A DNA stretch of 63,998 nucleotides, filler included, from Octopus bimaculoides (lineage: Eukaryota): the NCBI RefSeq assembly GCF_001194135.2. It is 8 parts of 7 records of this genome, joined end to end, with 100 filler letters (N's around TTAATTAATTAA, not from the genome) between each part and the next. Parts side by side here need not be neighbours in the genome. Positions count along the whole stretch, not along the records: positions 60,586 to 63,998 come from NC_068992.1; 7 more parts are not named here. One strand, written 5' to 3'. Under the pieces are notes generated by a model. That model made no database searches, was not told where the DNA came from, and was given only the letters and a program-made list of their open reading frames with translations. Both the position numbers and the translations under genes were made by a program. Positions 62,237-63,998 of this stretch are shown in pieces. Position 1 is the stretch's first letter, and every line of letters starts with the position of its first letter.

Positions 62237-62455
62237 ACGCGAGCGAGTACTGAACAGTTCCTGATATCAAGGGTATCACAAAAGTCCTGGTTGGAAGATC
62301 AACCTTCCGAGGTCTTTACAGGACTTAGAAAAACAGAAGGACCGCTGCAATAAGTGTGCGATTCTAAAAGAAACCGTGTTGAATAAAATCATAATTAACT
62401 GATCCTCTTGTACTTTTTTTATCCAACGCCAGGAACATTTCAACACGCCGTCGTG
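62237..62455 (+). mobile_element. Mariner-derived MITE
   Basis: Degenerate TIRs (tactgaacagttcctg / caggaacatttcaacac). The interior resembles the mariner C-terminus (..KDRCNKC....VE*). Confidence 0.7.
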
Positions 62456-62484
62456 TATATGAATGTGTGTGTGTTTGGGAGTGT

Positions 62485-62545
62485 ATTTAGTATAATATAA
62501 GATAATTTAGTATAATATAAGATAATTTAGTATAATATAAGATAA
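62485..62545. repeat. 20-bp tandem repeat, 3 copies
   Basis: ATTTAGTATAATATAAGATA repeated three times. Confidence 0.9.
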
Positions 62546-63645
62546 TGCTATATTATATTATATTACATTATATTATATCATATCATATTATAATGTAATA
62601 TATTATATTATGAACAAACAAAGAAACCATATAATAGACTAAACGAATGAAAAATAACACCACTCATTAGCTGTGACCCTCGGGATTTTCATAGTTTCGA
62701 CGCTTAATTTTATATCAAGTGCTACAAACAATTCGCAGCTTGTTTCTTTTCGGGGGACAAAAAAATGATTCCAGAATCCTAGATTTAATAATTCTTTAGC
62801 TGAATGACTAAGAAAACCTACGACTGGTTCCTTTATAGCTATTTTCTGACAGTCATTTTCTTTTGCGTCAAGTCCTTTTTGCAGACGACCCATGAACGCT
62901 AAGCAGCTTATACCCAAGCAGTGATCACTGTCTGTATTCATGTACATTATTTGGATGCGGAAATTTTCACTAAGTAAAAAGCATAGTCATTCGATTATTT
63001 TCGGATAAGGAATACAAAGAAATTTAACATAAGAAATCTTATTCGACTCGTTGCAACCAAACTCCTTGCTAGTCAGCTTAAATTGCCCTTTTTCAGAGAA
63101 GTGGTTATTCCGCTTACTAACATTAACCTACAGTAGATTCATCACCCATTTTTTTTTTTTTTTTTGTCAAAATTCACATCAGACTAACAACCAGTTGCCG
63201 TTTGAGTTGGTACTTGACATTTTCAAATATAGTAGTAAATGGGAAATAAATGTCGGAAAAGCTCTGTTCTACACAGAAACTGCAAAATCTATTGTAAGTT
63301 ATTGCAATCTCTTCTATTAAATCCGTTGTAGTGTGTGAAATCATTCCGTATCTACATACAGCAGGCGTCCCAAGTTCACATACATTTCGCTCCTTAGCTT
63401 GTACGCTTCGCCTGAGTGGGACAGCGAGGATAGAATTAGCCTTCGCCCGCGGAGACAGTCATAACAACCAATATATCTGCAATTTATTAATTCAAGCGTA
63501 GATACTAAGTCAAAACAACAGATTCTTTTTATACTAAACATAAGAAACTCACTAATAACAAGGCAACAGAACTGGCATTTTCTAGTCCCAGATATGAAAT
63601 TATTTCTGACTATACCGCATTAATGTAATATTTTCAACGGCTTCT

Positions 63646-63998
63646 AAGTCGGCGAGTTGGTAGAAACGTTAGCATGCCGGACGAAATGCTTAGCGGAATT
63701 TCGTCTGCCGTTACGTTCTGTGTTCAAATTCCGCCGAGGTCAACTTTGCCTTTCATCCTTTCGGAGTCGATAAATTAACTACCAGTAACGCACTGGGGTC
63801 GATGTAATTGACTTAATCCCTTTGTCTGTCCTTGTTTATCCCCTCTATGTGTAGCCCCTTGTGGGCAATAAAGAAATAAGAAACGTTAGCACGCAGGACG
63901 AAATGCTTAGCGGAATTTCGCCTGTCTTTACGTTCTGAGTTCAAATTCCGCCGAGGTCGACTTTGCCTTTCATCCTTTCGGGATCGATAAATTAAGTA
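63646..63998 (+). mobile_element. Tandem SINE family A copies; the first has an alternative 3' tail
   Basis: Copy 1 ends in ttaatccctttgtctgtcc...gtgggcaataaagaaataa. Copy 2 starts at gaaacgttagc (about 63880) and runs off the window. Confidence 0.9.

Noticed and set aside
62639-62947. 102-aa minus-strand ORF in non-repeat DNA
   Set aside because: No motif or splice support; length is within chance expectation.

Overview
Draft-quality, AT-rich animal genomic DNA with many N gaps and microsatellites. The repeat landscape and the TTAATTAATTAA gap spacers suggest an octopus genome such as Octopus bimaculoides (inference). The only host gene I can support is the 5' coding end of an ANKAR (ankyrin and armadillo repeat containing) orthologue on the + strand: coding exons 44175-44462 and 46372-46678, with GT-AG boundaries and a continuous frame. 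The rest is mostly decayed mobile DNA: several tRNA-derived SINE families with exchangeable modules, RTE, Tx1/L1, CR1 and R4/Dong-like LINE remnants, mariner, hAT, Tigger and Helitron pieces, and Penelope-like remnants. Most long ORFs in the track are microsatellite or gap artefacts. The most interesting layer is a dispersed set of minimal type-I hammerhead ribozyme (HHR) motifs of the Penelope pseudo-LTR kind. These include one inside a tRNA-headed SINE-like unit (61600-61872), U3-A8 compensatory core variants, and three back-to-back inverted-repeat cassettes with outward-pointing HHR-like halves. All family assignments come from motif recognition by eye and from memory; no database search was run.
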